From contig OY970332.1 in assembly GCA_963717435.1 (NCBI GenBank), positions 512,001 to 576,000 of the forward strand: 64,000 bases of DNA, read 5' to 3'. This DNA is from an uncultured bacterium. Its GTDB lineage: Bacteria; Babelota; Babeliae; Babelales; Babelaceae. Positions 31,464-40,321 of the stretch are shown here, piece after piece. The translations under genes and the position numbers were made by a program. The notes under the pieces are model-generated. The model was not told the origin of the DNA. It saw nothing but the letters and a program-made list of their open reading frames with translations, and did not search any database. Numbering within the stretch: the stretch's first letter is position 1; every line of letters begins with the position of its first letter.

Positions 31464-32198
31464 TTAAATCTTGCCCATCTGACTTGCAACTAAAAACAGC
31501 AGGATTCCAGCAGCAACTGAAGCATTGTATGATATGTCATCAGACTTTTGAGCAAGTCTTATTTTTGTGCCGTCTTTTAAGATTTCACGGGATACGCCAA
31601 TGGCTTCGTTCCCAATTACAATACAAACAGGTTTTGTATATTTTACTTCTGTGGCATTTTTGCCGTCCAAAGTTGCCAGATAAATATTATATCCAGCTTT
31701 TTTTAACTCTGTTATTGCTTGGGCAGGTGAACTTGCTTGATAAATTTCAAGTCTTTCAGCTAATCCTGCACTCGCTTTGATTGTTGAGCCGTTAATCGGC
31801 GCGCCTTTACGCTGGCAGATTATAACACCGTCAGCTCCTGTGCAATAAGCTGATCGTAAAATTGCGCCCAAATTGCGGGTATCTTGTATACTGTCAACCA
31901 TTACCAAAAATGGATGCTTGTTAGCATCAAAAAAACTTTTTCTTATCTGAAACTGACTAGCAAGAGCAACCACAGACTGATGGTCAACTGTCCCTGCCAA
32001 ATTATTAAGATAGTTTTTCTCTACGTATTTAATGGTTACAGTTTTTGGCAACAAACCCGCTATTTCTTTCCAAGATTTTGGCTCAGGCTTTGTTGTATAT
32101 ATAGTGTAAATTTTTCTTTTTTTGGCTTTAAGCAGTTCTATTATCGGGTGTATCCCAAAAACCACTTCGCCTTCGATTTTTTGTGTTGTTTTTGCCAT
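31464..32198 (-). CDS. rlmB: 23S rRNA (guanosine-2'-O)-methyltransferase, TrmH/SpoU family
   Basis: FGIHPIIE, HQSV, DTRNLGAILRSA, KASAG, IGNEAIG, SYNASVAAG. Confidence 0.88.
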   Translation of the reverse strand: MAKTTQKIEGEVVFGIHPIIELLKAKKRKIYTIYTTKPEPKSWKEIAGLLPKTVTIKYVEKNYLNNLAGTVDHQSVVALASQFQIRKSFFDANKHPFLVMVDSIQDTRNLGAILRSAYCTGADGVIICQRKGAPINGSTIKASAGLAERLEIYQASSPAQAITELKKAGYNIYLATLDGKNATEVKYTKPVCIVIGNEAIGVSREILKDGTKIRLAQKSDDISYNASVAAGILLFLVASQMGKI

Positions 32199-32201
32199 GG
32201 G

Positions 32202-32504
32202 TTATCTCATAAAGGTTATTTTAATCCAAGCGGAAAGAATCATGCCCTTAGCAACGCCACATTTAACAGGATGATTGTCGCACCAACGACATATGTTGCA
32301 ATCATTATCACTGTCGTTTTTGCCATCTGATTTAAAACGCTTGTTTTGTTTAAACAATTCTAAAGCTTTTTGAGTATTTACGAGTCTTGTTCCCTGTTGG
32401 GTCGCAAATCGATTTGCCTGAGTGGCAAACATGCAATTTGCGCTCGAAGCTGTAATTAGGGATAAAATTAAAGTTATTACTGTAAATTTAATTTGTTTTT
32501 TCAT
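32202..32504 (-). CDS. Small secreted hypothetical protein
   Basis: Signal peptide; CNICRWC cluster near C-terminus. Confidence 0.55.
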   Translation of the reverse strand: MKKQIKFTVITLILSLITASSANCMFATQANRFATQQGTRLVNTQKALELFKQNKRFKSDGKNDSDNDCNICRWCDNHPVKCGVAKGMILSAWIKITFMR

Positions 32505-32521
32505 ATTGACCCTATAGTGTT

Positions 32522-32941
32522 TTATATAGATTCTATCCTATTAAGAAATGCTGACGGTGGTTCTATAATGATCCCATTGAACAATTTTAAAGGCAAGAGA
32601 TCTTTTTTGTCGCCGGTGACAAGTATATGAGCATTGCCTAAAAAAGCAGTTTCTAGAACTAGATTATCTGCTTTATGTGATATAAATTTAAAATCTCCAG
32701 AAGGCTCATAAATCGTTGATATAAGTATTATTTCCGCTAATAATTCATCGACTTCTGTCTGAGTAAAATCTAATTTATTTACTAGATTTCTTTTTACTTC
32801 GTTAAGAATTGCCGAACTGGTGACCAAATTAAACTTTCTAGCGAGCGCATATTCAACTATTTTTGCTGGCTTTCCACCAAAAGCCAAAGCTGATATAAAT
32901 ACGTTTGCATCAATACAAACAGTTAAAGTTCTAGTCTTCAA
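32522..32941 (-). CDS. PIN-family putative toxin
   Basis: IDANVFISA, ILNE, DNLVLETA, LVTGDK.DLL. Confidence 0.88.
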   Translation of the reverse strand: MKTRTLTVCIDANVFISALAFGGKPAKIVEYALARKFNLVTSSAILNEVKRNLVNKLDFTQTEVDELLAEIILISTIYEPSGDFKFISHKADNLVLETAFLGNAHILVTGDKKDLLPLKLFNGIIIEPPSAFLNRIESI

Positions 32942-33167
32942 ATGGCCTGCCGAAATCCTTAGGAGTTAGACCCTTTTTTTTTGCCACGGACTTGCCCTTT
33001 TTTGCAAGGGTCTTAAAGATTCGCTGTGCTTTATATTGCCTAAATGACTCACGTATCAGTTCGCTAACTGTTCTGTGTTCTTCATCAGCTATTTTTTGGA
33101 TCTCTTTTCCCATTTCGACTGGAAGAGAAATAGTTATTGTTTTTATAGATTTCATATTTTTTCTCAT
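32931..33167 (-). CDS. Ribbon-helix-helix (CopG-like) antitoxin
   Basis: TITISLP...EEHRTVSELIRE; overlaps the PIN gene. Confidence 0.85.
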   Translation of the reverse strand: MRKNMKSIKTITISLPVEMGKEIQKIADEEHRTVSELIRESFRQYKAQRIFKTLAKKGKSVAKKKGLTPKDFGRPFED

Positions 33168-33365
33168 TTGTTAAGAAATATTCTTATCAAATAAATTATC
33201 GCAAGTTTTGTTTTAAAAATCAACAGAACAGATTTAAAGTGAGCCCCATGATCTTTTTTTTCAGGTTTAGAATTAAAATCTCAAATTTGACTTGCTTGCG
33301 ATCCCCGTCTAAATTCTTAACTTGTTGTGTTATTTCAGTTTCTTAATAATAAAAAAGGGTTTTAT

Positions 33366-34019
33366 ATGAAAAAGTTAATGATGGAATTCTTGGGAACATT
33401 CTTTCTTGTTCTTTCTGTAGCAGTTTCCGGCAGTCCATTTGCAATCGCCATGACACTTATGGCTTGGTTATATATAGGGGGTTATGTTTCAGGTGGACAT
33501 TATAATCCACTGGTATCTTTGGCAGTGACTTTAATAGACAAATTGTCTTGGAGAAACTTTGGATTTTACGTCTTGGCTCAAGTTTTGGGCGGGGTTGCGG
33601 CTTTTGCTATGACTTATTACCTAAAAGGTCTAGTTCTTTTACCTCAACCTTCAAGCAGTTCCACTCTTATGCAGGCTTTTGTAGTAGAAGCACTTTTATC
33701 TGCGGTATTGGCATCGGTTGTTCTTTTTACTGTTTTTCACGAAAAATATAAAAACAGCCAAATTTTTGGTTTTGCGATAGGTCTTACAATTATAGCTATA
33801 GCAGCTGTTGGTAGCCCAATCTCTGGTGGGTTATTTAATCCTGCAATATCTCTTGGTGCTAATATTTTTGCTTTAATTAAGGGCATGCCGATAGTAAGTG
33901 AAAATTTAGTTATGTATGTCTCAGGTTCGCTTCTTGGTGGCATCCTAGGCGCACTTTTATTCAGAATTTTCGCAATTGCAGACAAGCGCTTTGTTTTTAT
34001 AGAAATTATTAAAGATTAA
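33366..34019 (+). CDS. Aquaporin / MIP channel
   Basis: EFLGTF, SGGHYNPLVS, GGLFNPAIS, six TM helices. Confidence 0.92.
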   Translation: MKKLMMEFLGTFFLVLSVAVSGSPFAIAMTLMAWLYIGGYVSGGHYNPLVSLAVTLIDKLSWRNFGFYVLAQVLGGVAAFAMTYYLKGLVLLPQPSSSSTLMQAFVVEALLSAVLASVVLFTVFHEKYKNSQIFGFAIGLTIIAIAAVGSPISGGLFNPAISLGANIFALIKGMPIVSENLVMYVSGSLLGGILGALLFRIFAIADKRFVFIEIIKD

Positions 34020-34045
34020 TAATTTTATATTATATATTTTGCTAC

Positions 34046-34076
34046 TTGGCCCCCAGGTTAAATCTTTGGGGGCCAA
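34046..34076 (+). terminator. Rho-independent terminator
   Basis: ttggccccca...tgggggccaa followed by attttt. Confidence 0.7.
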
Positions 34077-34225
34077 ATTTTTGAAAAAACTTCGAAAAAC
34101 CCTTGATTTTGCGCCATTATTTCCTGTAAGCTTAAAAATAATAGAGTAGTATGGGTTCAGGTAAAAAACCGTAGTCTGAACCTGTAAAAAAGTAATAAGT
34201 TTTACGGTAAAAATGGAGAGTTATA

Positions 34226-34759
34226 ATGAAGAAGTTTTTTGGTTTATTTATATTACTGATTTCTTTCAGCGCAAGTCAGCTTTTAGCCCTAAAACCAGCG
34301 GGAAATTCGGCTGAAAAATTAATACAATTTCATAATATCGTAAGCAGACAAAAAATCGCCTGGAGTGATTTCCATAAAAACACTATTTTTGAAATAAAGT
34401 CTTTAAATAAGCAGATAGTAAGAGAATGGGTCAATTTCAGTAATAACAATATAAGAAAATTGGAATATCTTAAATTAGATGATCAATCTAAAGAAGCTTA
34501 TTTTAAACAAGAACTAGATGAGGCTATAGCTTTACATAAAGCTCATACGGTTAAATGGGCAAATCTTATGAAAAAGCAAAATGCAGCTGCTGCTAAGCTT
34601 GTATCAAAAAACAGAGCTGAATTGGAATCGTTTGAAGGTAAAGGCGAATCTGCTTTTGAAAAAGCTAAAAAATATTTTTCAAAAAAGAAGACTTTGCCTG
34701 GCCAAGAGCAAGCTTCTGATGAAGAAGTAGACGAATTAAGCTTCGAAACACCTGCTTAA
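34226..34759 (+). CDS. Secreted helical hypothetical protein
   Basis: GGAGAG RBS, signal peptide, terminator downstream. Confidence 0.7.
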   Translation: MKKFFGLFILLISFSASQLLALKPAGNSAEKLIQFHNIVSRQKIAWSDFHKNTIFEIKSLNKQIVREWVNFSNNNIRKLEYLKLDDQSKEAYFKQELDEAIALHKAHTVKWANLMKKQNAAAAKLVSKNRAELESFEGKGESAFEKAKKYFSKKKTLPGQEQASDEEVDELSFETPA

Positions 34760-34773
34760 TAAATTTTAGTTTA

Positions 34774-34819
34774 AAAAATAATAGGGGCAAAGTTTCAAAA
34801 CTTTGCCCCTATTATTTTT
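34774..34819. terminator. Bidirectional terminator
   Basis: Long perfect inverted repeat aaaaataataggggcaaagttt...aaactttgcccctattattttt between convergent genes. Confidence 0.85.
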
Positions 34820-35666
34820 ATCTATTTTTTGATTTTGCTATAGCATGGGGCTGATGTTTTTTTGCGGGTTTTATATTTGCCATTTTTTCACGTTTTACGC
34901 GTAACGACAAGCTATTTTTTAGAGAACTTACTAAGTTGTTTTCTTTTTTTGTGCTTTTCTTTTTTGCTATAGATTTTTTTGATTTTTTACTTTTACCTTT
35001 TTTAATTTCTTGGGCTATTCTTTGCGCAAACGTATCTTTATAAATATCTAATTTAAAAGTTTTGCTGCTAAGCTTATTTATTAGTTGTTCGGCAAGCTTT
35101 AGTTCTTGGGTGCTAAATTTCGGCTCTTTTTTTAAAACATTAATAGCATCTATATCTCTAATTTCATAGCTATAATGCAAAGTAGATAATAATAAAACAT
35201 TTTCTTGCGGCATAATTGCGCATATATACTCTTTGTCGCGCATAACAAATTGTCCTATTGCAGCAGTGTGCGTTTCTTCCAGGGCGCGCTTAAATAAAAA
35301 ATACACTTTTTCCGAATGTTTTTCCGGGAGAACGTAATAGTGTCCCTCAAGATATATCGGCTTGATTTGGCCAAGATTAACAAACTGTTTTATATCTATA
35401 GTGTCAGTTTTTATTGCCCTCAATTCGTGCAGCTTTTCTTGTGTCAAAATAAAATAGCTTCCATCAGGTAATTTTAGGCCCTTAACAATATCGTGCCATA
35501 CTATCTCTTTATTGCAGTTTTTGCAGAAGCGCTCATAAGTAATTGGGGTGTGACACTTCTTGCATAATAATTTAAACCCTAAAGTATGTTCTTGAATTGC
35601 TGGGTAAATACTTATGTTAATATTTACCAACCCGAAAGACACCGATCCGTTCCATATTGACTTCAT
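34818..35666 (-). CDS. ku: Non-homologous end-joining protein Ku
   Basis: SIWNGSVSFGLVNI, IVKG, TLHY..EIR, YKDTF, basic C-terminal tail. Confidence 0.93.
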   Translation of the reverse strand: MKSIWNGSVSFGLVNINISIYPAIQEHTLGFKLLCKKCHTPITYERFCKNCNKEIVWHDIVKGLKLPDGSYFILTQEKLHELRAIKTDTIDIKQFVNLGQIKPIYLEGHYYVLPEKHSEKVYFLFKRALEETHTAAIGQFVMRDKEYICAIMPQENVLLLSTLHYSYEIRDIDAINVLKKEPKFSTQELKLAEQLINKLSSKTFKLDIYKDTFAQRIAQEIKKGKSKKSKKSIAKKKSTKKENNLVSSLKNSLSLRVKREKMANIKPAKKHQPHAIAKSKNR

Positions 35667-35685
35667 ATAGTCTCCAATAAAAAAC

Positions 35686-36753
35686 TTATTTTTTAAAAAT
35701 AACTGATTTCGGGGACTCTCTTATAACAGATTTTGCTTCTTTATCATCTCTTAACCCCTTAAACCTGCCAACTCTCAGCTTTCCAGAATTTGTCCACTGC
35801 GCAAATTGAAATTCGGCCACCAAAATCGGTTTGACCCAATATATATTTTTTGTTGCTATATCAATCTGATCAAATGGGCATTTTTTAATTGTCAGTCGCT
35901 TAAGTTTATTTCCCAAAAATTTTAACATGCCCTGGTTAAATCCTGTCCCCACTTTGCCTGCATAAATAAATTTATTTTTATTATAATAGCCAACAAGTAG
36001 TGCACCGAAATTTTCACGTGCCCCCTGCGGCTCTGTATATCCTCCAATTACCAGTTCTTGACCAAGCGAACATTTAAACTTTAGCCAACTGTTTGCCCGG
36101 TATTCAACATATTCGCTGTCCGCGCGTTTAGCCATTATTCCTTCCCAATGTAACTTGCATGCCTCATGGAAAAATTTTACGCCGTCTCCAATTTTGTGTT
36201 CGGAGTAAGCTAATTTCTTGTTCCACTTAAAAATTTTTTTTAAAATCTTTTTTCTATAAATTAGGGGAAGTTTTTTTGTGTCATATCCGGCAGCATAAAG
36301 CAAATCAAAAACCCAATATTTTATTGTTGTTTTTTTCTCTTTTTCTTCTATGAGCCCGCTTTGCTTTAGATTAATTCTTCCCTGAAGTAGCTGAAAGTCT
36401 GAGATTCCTGATGCACCTAGGGCAACAATTTCGCCGTCTATAATAAAATCATCAGCGGGCTCTTTGGTTAAAGCTTCTAAAATTTCAGGGTATTCTTGAT
36501 TTATTAAGTTATTGTTGCGCGACATTAGAGAAACTTTGCCATTTTTTTTAAAGGCTATGCATCGTATGCCGTCATATTTATGTTCATAAAGCCAGTCTTT
36601 GCTTGAGAAGTAATCTTTGGTAAGAGTTGCAAGCATGGGGTGTATAACTTGGGGTTGGGGCTTTTTTTCAATTTTTTTTAAAAATTTTTCGGGTAGGTTA
36701 TTAAATATATTTTCAGATATATTTGTTTTTTTATAGGCCATACTCTCTCCCAT
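35686..36753 (-). CDS. ligD: ATP-dependent DNA ligase (stand-alone LigD-type ligase domain)
   Basis: PMLATL, EHKYDGIR, IDGEIV, VFDLL, EGIMAK, WLKFK, YAGKVGTGF, LRDDK; adjacent to Ku. Confidence 0.9.
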   Translation of the reverse strand: MGESMAYKKTNISENIFNNLPEKFLKKIEKKPQPQVIHPMLATLTKDYFSSKDWLYEHKYDGIRCIAFKKNGKVSLMSRNNNLINQEYPEILEALTKEPADDFIIDGEIVALGASGISDFQLLQGRINLKQSGLIEEKEKKTTIKYWVFDLLYAAGYDTKKLPLIYRKKILKKIFKWNKKLAYSEHKIGDGVKFFHEACKLHWEGIMAKRADSEYVEYRANSWLKFKCSLGQELVIGGYTEPQGARENFGALLVGYYNKNKFIYAGKVGTGFNQGMLKFLGNKLKRLTIKKCPFDQIDIATKNIYWVKPILVAEFQFAQWTNSGKLRVGRFKGLRDDKEAKSVIRESPKSVIFKK

Positions 36754-37020
36754 TTTTATTCAGTTTTTATATTGTCATAAACATTACATATATTAAGTTG
36801 TATTAAGTTGGTATTGGCTGTGTCAATTACTACCATTATTTACTATTATTATTTACTGGAATTATTGCTTTTTTCTCCCCCGCAAAACAAGAGCCGTTCT
36901 AGGCTGTTAAATTTTTAGATAAAATAACTACTATTTTTCTTGACAAAACAGGTGGGGTCTATAGTCTCATAATTATTAATTTTGCCTGCTATTTTTTTTA
37001 GAATTTGGAGAGGTTATTCG

Positions 37021-37995
37021 TTGAAGTTCAATATTAAGTTTTTATATATTTTTTTCGCAAATAGTTGTTTTTTGCTATCTATAAATTCAGATAGTTTAAA
37101 CGCTTCTAATAGTTCTCACATCAAACTGACTCAGTCTCTTTACATGATAGAGTCGAATCAAAAAATTACGAACAGTCCTGTTCTGTATCTTTATGTACAT
37201 GGTTTGGGAGGTAGGGGAGGACACGGAGTCTACTGGTCCAATTGCGCCGCCAACGACGTTAAGAGATATATTCTTAATGAGCCATTAATATTTTTCGACT
37301 TTCCCGATGCTATAGGCAAATTTAATCCATTAAAAACAGACTTGGGTCAAAAAATTGATGTTGGACATTTAGCTGAGCAATATAAAAGCTTGCTAGAATT
37401 AACTTATTCAGCCAATAAATCTCCTAAAAAAATTGTTTTGGCGGGGGTTTCCCGAGGCGCAGCTACATTAATAAACTTCGCTGCCGAACATGACATAAAA
37501 GATGTTGCGCTGTTAATTCTGGAGTCTCCATTTGATAACGCCATGAATGTTATTAAGTTTCAGGCCGAAAGACTTTATCAATCTTGGAACCCATTAATAA
37601 GCGGACTGGGTTCAAAGTGGTCCATGTCAAAATTATATCCAAAGTATGATCCAAATGGGATCTCGCCAATAAAATCCGTTGGGAAAATTCCAAAAAATAT
37701 TCCAATAATTCTAGTGCATTCGCGCCAAGATGCGGTTATTTCGGTTAATGCATCAAGAAGATTATATGTCGAACTTAAACAATCTGGTCATGAACATGTT
37801 TACTATTTCGAAACTGATTCTGGGGACCATGCCAAAATATTATGGGGAAATCAGGGTGAAACTTATCAATGTTTAGTGCATGCTGTTTATGCCAAATATG
37901 GTTTACCGCACGATAAAAATTTTGCTGACAATGGGGCAGGGATTATGAACTTATGTCAGCCAACGGTTGAGCACATAAATAGTTTAATAAAATAA
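37021..37995 (+). CDS. Secreted alpha/beta hydrolase
   Basis: HGLGG, GVSRG nucleophile elbow, LESPF, HSRQD, GDH; TTG start after GGAGAGG. Confidence 0.8.
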   Translation: MKFNIKFLYIFFANSCFLLSINSDSLNASNSSHIKLTQSLYMIESNQKITNSPVLYLYVHGLGGRGGHGVYWSNCAANDVKRYILNEPLIFFDFPDAIGKFNPLKTDLGQKIDVGHLAEQYKSLLELTYSANKSPKKIVLAGVSRGAATLINFAAEHDIKDVALLILESPFDNAMNVIKFQAERLYQSWNPLISGLGSKWSMSKLYPKYDPNGISPIKSVGKIPKNIPIILVHSRQDAVISVNASRRLYVELKQSGHEHVYYFETDSGDHAKILWGNQGETYQCLVHAVYAKYGLPHDKNFADNGAGIMNLCQPTVEHINSLIK

Positions 37996-38023
37996 AAATT
38001 TTTTGGGGATTTCTGGGTTTTTT

Positions 38024-38827
38024 ATGTTTATCAGGGGCAGTATATTTAATTTCTTGTGTTTGCTTGCGCTATTTTTTTTAATTCCTGGGTGTTTTCCAAA
38101 AAGTTACAGAGTTAGAAAATTAAAGCCACTTGATCGCCAAACTGCCCAATTTGTCGAAAAAAAAGACAACGTCAAAGTTTTGGTTTCTGCTTTGAATGAA
38201 GAAAAAACAAAGAAAATATTTGGCCAAGAATTAAATAAGGGCAAAAAACATTTCCAGCCCATTCAAATAACAGTAAAAAATAAATCTGACAAAGTTTGGC
38301 TCTTAAGACATGATGGCATCGATCTTAAGATGGTTTCATCCGAGCAGGTCGCAAGATTGCTTAGATATCATACATGGACACGGTTTGCGACATGGTCCGC
38401 TGTTTATGCAGGATATGTTGCAGTTTTGGTCCCATTTATTTTGGTTATTTCTTTTGCGGGGGCAACAGCGGGAGCATTTTCTGGCTCAGTTGGCGCAGTT
38501 GCAGGGTATACTCTTTTGGGGCTTGCGACAGTTGCGCTTGCTTTTTCAGGTCCATTTTTTATTGCGGCAGATTGCGTAACTTGTTCGAAGCAAAATTCTC
38601 AAATCGAGTATGATTTTAAGAAAAAAACTGGATTTGAGGGTTTGATTTTGTTGCCTGGAAAATCAAAAAATCTTTTAATATTTGTGGATGATAAGGATTA
38701 TAAATCTAACTTTAATATTCAACTTAACTCTGCAACGGGCGGCGACAATCTAGATTTTTCTGTTGCTTTGGAAAATATTAATGACCCTAAACTCAGCACA
38801 AGTTTATTGGGATATATTAATATTTGA
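38024..38827 (+). CDS. Putative lipoprotein with long internal Gly/Ala-rich hydrophobic hairpin
   Basis: FLIPGC lipobox-like site; hydrophobic stretch of about 55 aa. Confidence 0.6.
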   Translation: MFIRGSIFNFLCLLALFFLIPGCFPKSYRVRKLKPLDRQTAQFVEKKDNVKVLVSALNEEKTKKIFGQELNKGKKHFQPIQITVKNKSDKVWLLRHDGIDLKMVSSEQVARLLRYHTWTRFATWSAVYAGYVAVLVPFILVISFAGATAGAFSGSVGAVAGYTLLGLATVALAFSGPFFIAADCVTCSKQNSQIEYDFKKKTGFEGLILLPGKSKNLLIFVDDKDYKSNFNIQLNSATGGDNLDFSVALENINDPKLSTSLLGYINI

Positions 38828-38925
38828 TTTCGTGAGAGAGAGCTCGGGAATTATTAAATTTTGTTTTAGTAGTAAACTCACAATAGCTATGTTAAAATCT
38901 TTCGGCAAATAAAACCGGAGAATTT

Positions 38926-40317
38926 ATGGCTTTCTTAGAATTAAAAATTAAAAAACACAGTTTCGATCATTGGCTCTCAAAAAATAGTTATTATCATTTA
39001 TTTAATGCAGCTTTTTATAAATTTATTATTCCAAAAAATTCAAAAGTATTGCATATAGGCTGCAAAAATGGATACTTACTTAACGCCCTTTCTGTAAATA
39101 TCGGAGTTGGCGTTGAATTTGATGAGCAGTATCTGATGGAGGCTCGTGAAAAACATTCCAATTTTAATTTTTATTCGGATCTTACAAGTTTGGCCCCAGA
39201 AACAAAATTTGATTATATAGTTGTTTCAAATTCTATAATGGAAATTGATGATATTCAGATCTTTTTTTGTGATATCCAAAAATTTTGTAATCCTGATACT
39301 AGATTAGTTCTTGATTGGTACTCAACTCTTTGGGAGCCCATATTAAATATAACGCAAAAACTTGGCCTGCGGCGCCCTACAAATATAAAAAATTGGGTTT
39401 CTGCTTATGATGTATCAAATTTTTTGTATCTTTCGGGCTTTGATATTGTAACTTCAGGAAAGCAGATTCTATTTCCAAAATATATTCCAATTATTTCTTG
39501 GTTTCTAAATAATTTTTTGGCGCTTGTCCCCGGATTTAGATTTTTGTGCTTAGAAAATTGGGTCATTGCCCGTTCTAAGATTGCCAACTATGACGCAGAC
39601 TATTCTGTGTCGATAGTTATTCCGTGCAGAAACGAACGTGGCAACGTAGAAGCAGCGGTAAAAAGATGCCCATCTCTTGGTAAATTTACAGAAATAATAT
39701 TCATCGAGGGACATTCAAAAGACGGAACATACGAAGAAATAGAACGCGTAGCAAAACTATATCCGGATAAAAATATAAAATATTCAAGGCAAGATGGAAT
39801 TGGCAAAGGCGATGCTGTTCGCAAGGGCTTTGGAATGGCGACCTGCGATATACTAATGATCCAAGATGCAGATCTTACTGCACCACCAGAAGAGCTTCCA
39901 AAATTTTACGAGGCCATGGCCACCGGAAAAGGTGAGTTTATTAATGGTTCAAGATTAGTATATGGCATGGAGTCTAACGCCATGAGATTTTTGAACTTAT
40001 TAGCAAATCATGCATTCGCTGTACTTTTTTCTTGGACATTGGGTCAAAGAGTTAAAGATACTCTGTGTGGAACAAAAGTTTTATTTAGAAAAGATTATGA
40101 GCTAATCGCAGCAAATAGAGAATTTTTTGGAGATTTTGATCCTTTTGGAGATTTCGATTTGCTATTTGGCGCTGCTAAATTAAACAGAAAAATTGTTGAT
40201 CTTCCTGTAAAATACAAAAGCAGAACATATGGCACATCGCAAATTAGTAGATTTTCAGCAGGAGTTTTGCTTTTGCGTATGAACATTTTGGCGATTAAAA
40301 AATTTAAGCTGAGATAA
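38926..40317 (+). CDS. Methyltransferase-like domain fused to GT2 glycosyltransferase
   Basis: KVLHIGCKNG; SIVIPCRNERGN, GKGDAVRKGF, QDADL, DTLCGTK, DPFGDFDLLFGA. Confidence 0.88.
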   Translation: MAFLELKIKKHSFDHWLSKNSYYHLFNAAFYKFIIPKNSKVLHIGCKNGYLLNALSVNIGVGVEFDEQYLMEAREKHSNFNFYSDLTSLAPETKFDYIVVSNSIMEIDDIQIFFCDIQKFCNPDTRLVLDWYSTLWEPILNITQKLGLRRPTNIKNWVSAYDVSNFLYLSGFDIVTSGKQILFPKYIPIISWFLNNFLALVPGFRFLCLENWVIARSKIANYDADYSVSIVIPCRNERGNVEAAVKRCPSLGKFTEIIFIEGHSKDGTYEEIERVAKLYPDKNIKYSRQDGIGKGDAVRKGFGMATCDILMIQDADLTAPPEELPKFYEAMATGKGEFINGSRLVYGMESNAMRFLNLLANHAFAVLFSWTLGQRVKDTLCGTKVLFRKDYELIAANREFFGDFDPFGDFDLLFGAAKLNRKIVDLPVKYKSRTYGTSQISRFSAGVLLLRMNILAIKKFKLR

Positions 40318-40321
40318 TCTA

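Noticed and set aside
34153-34183. Hairpin ggttcag...ctgaacc upstream of 34226 as a riboswitch
   Set aside because: Single small hairpin with no recognisable aptamer consensus.
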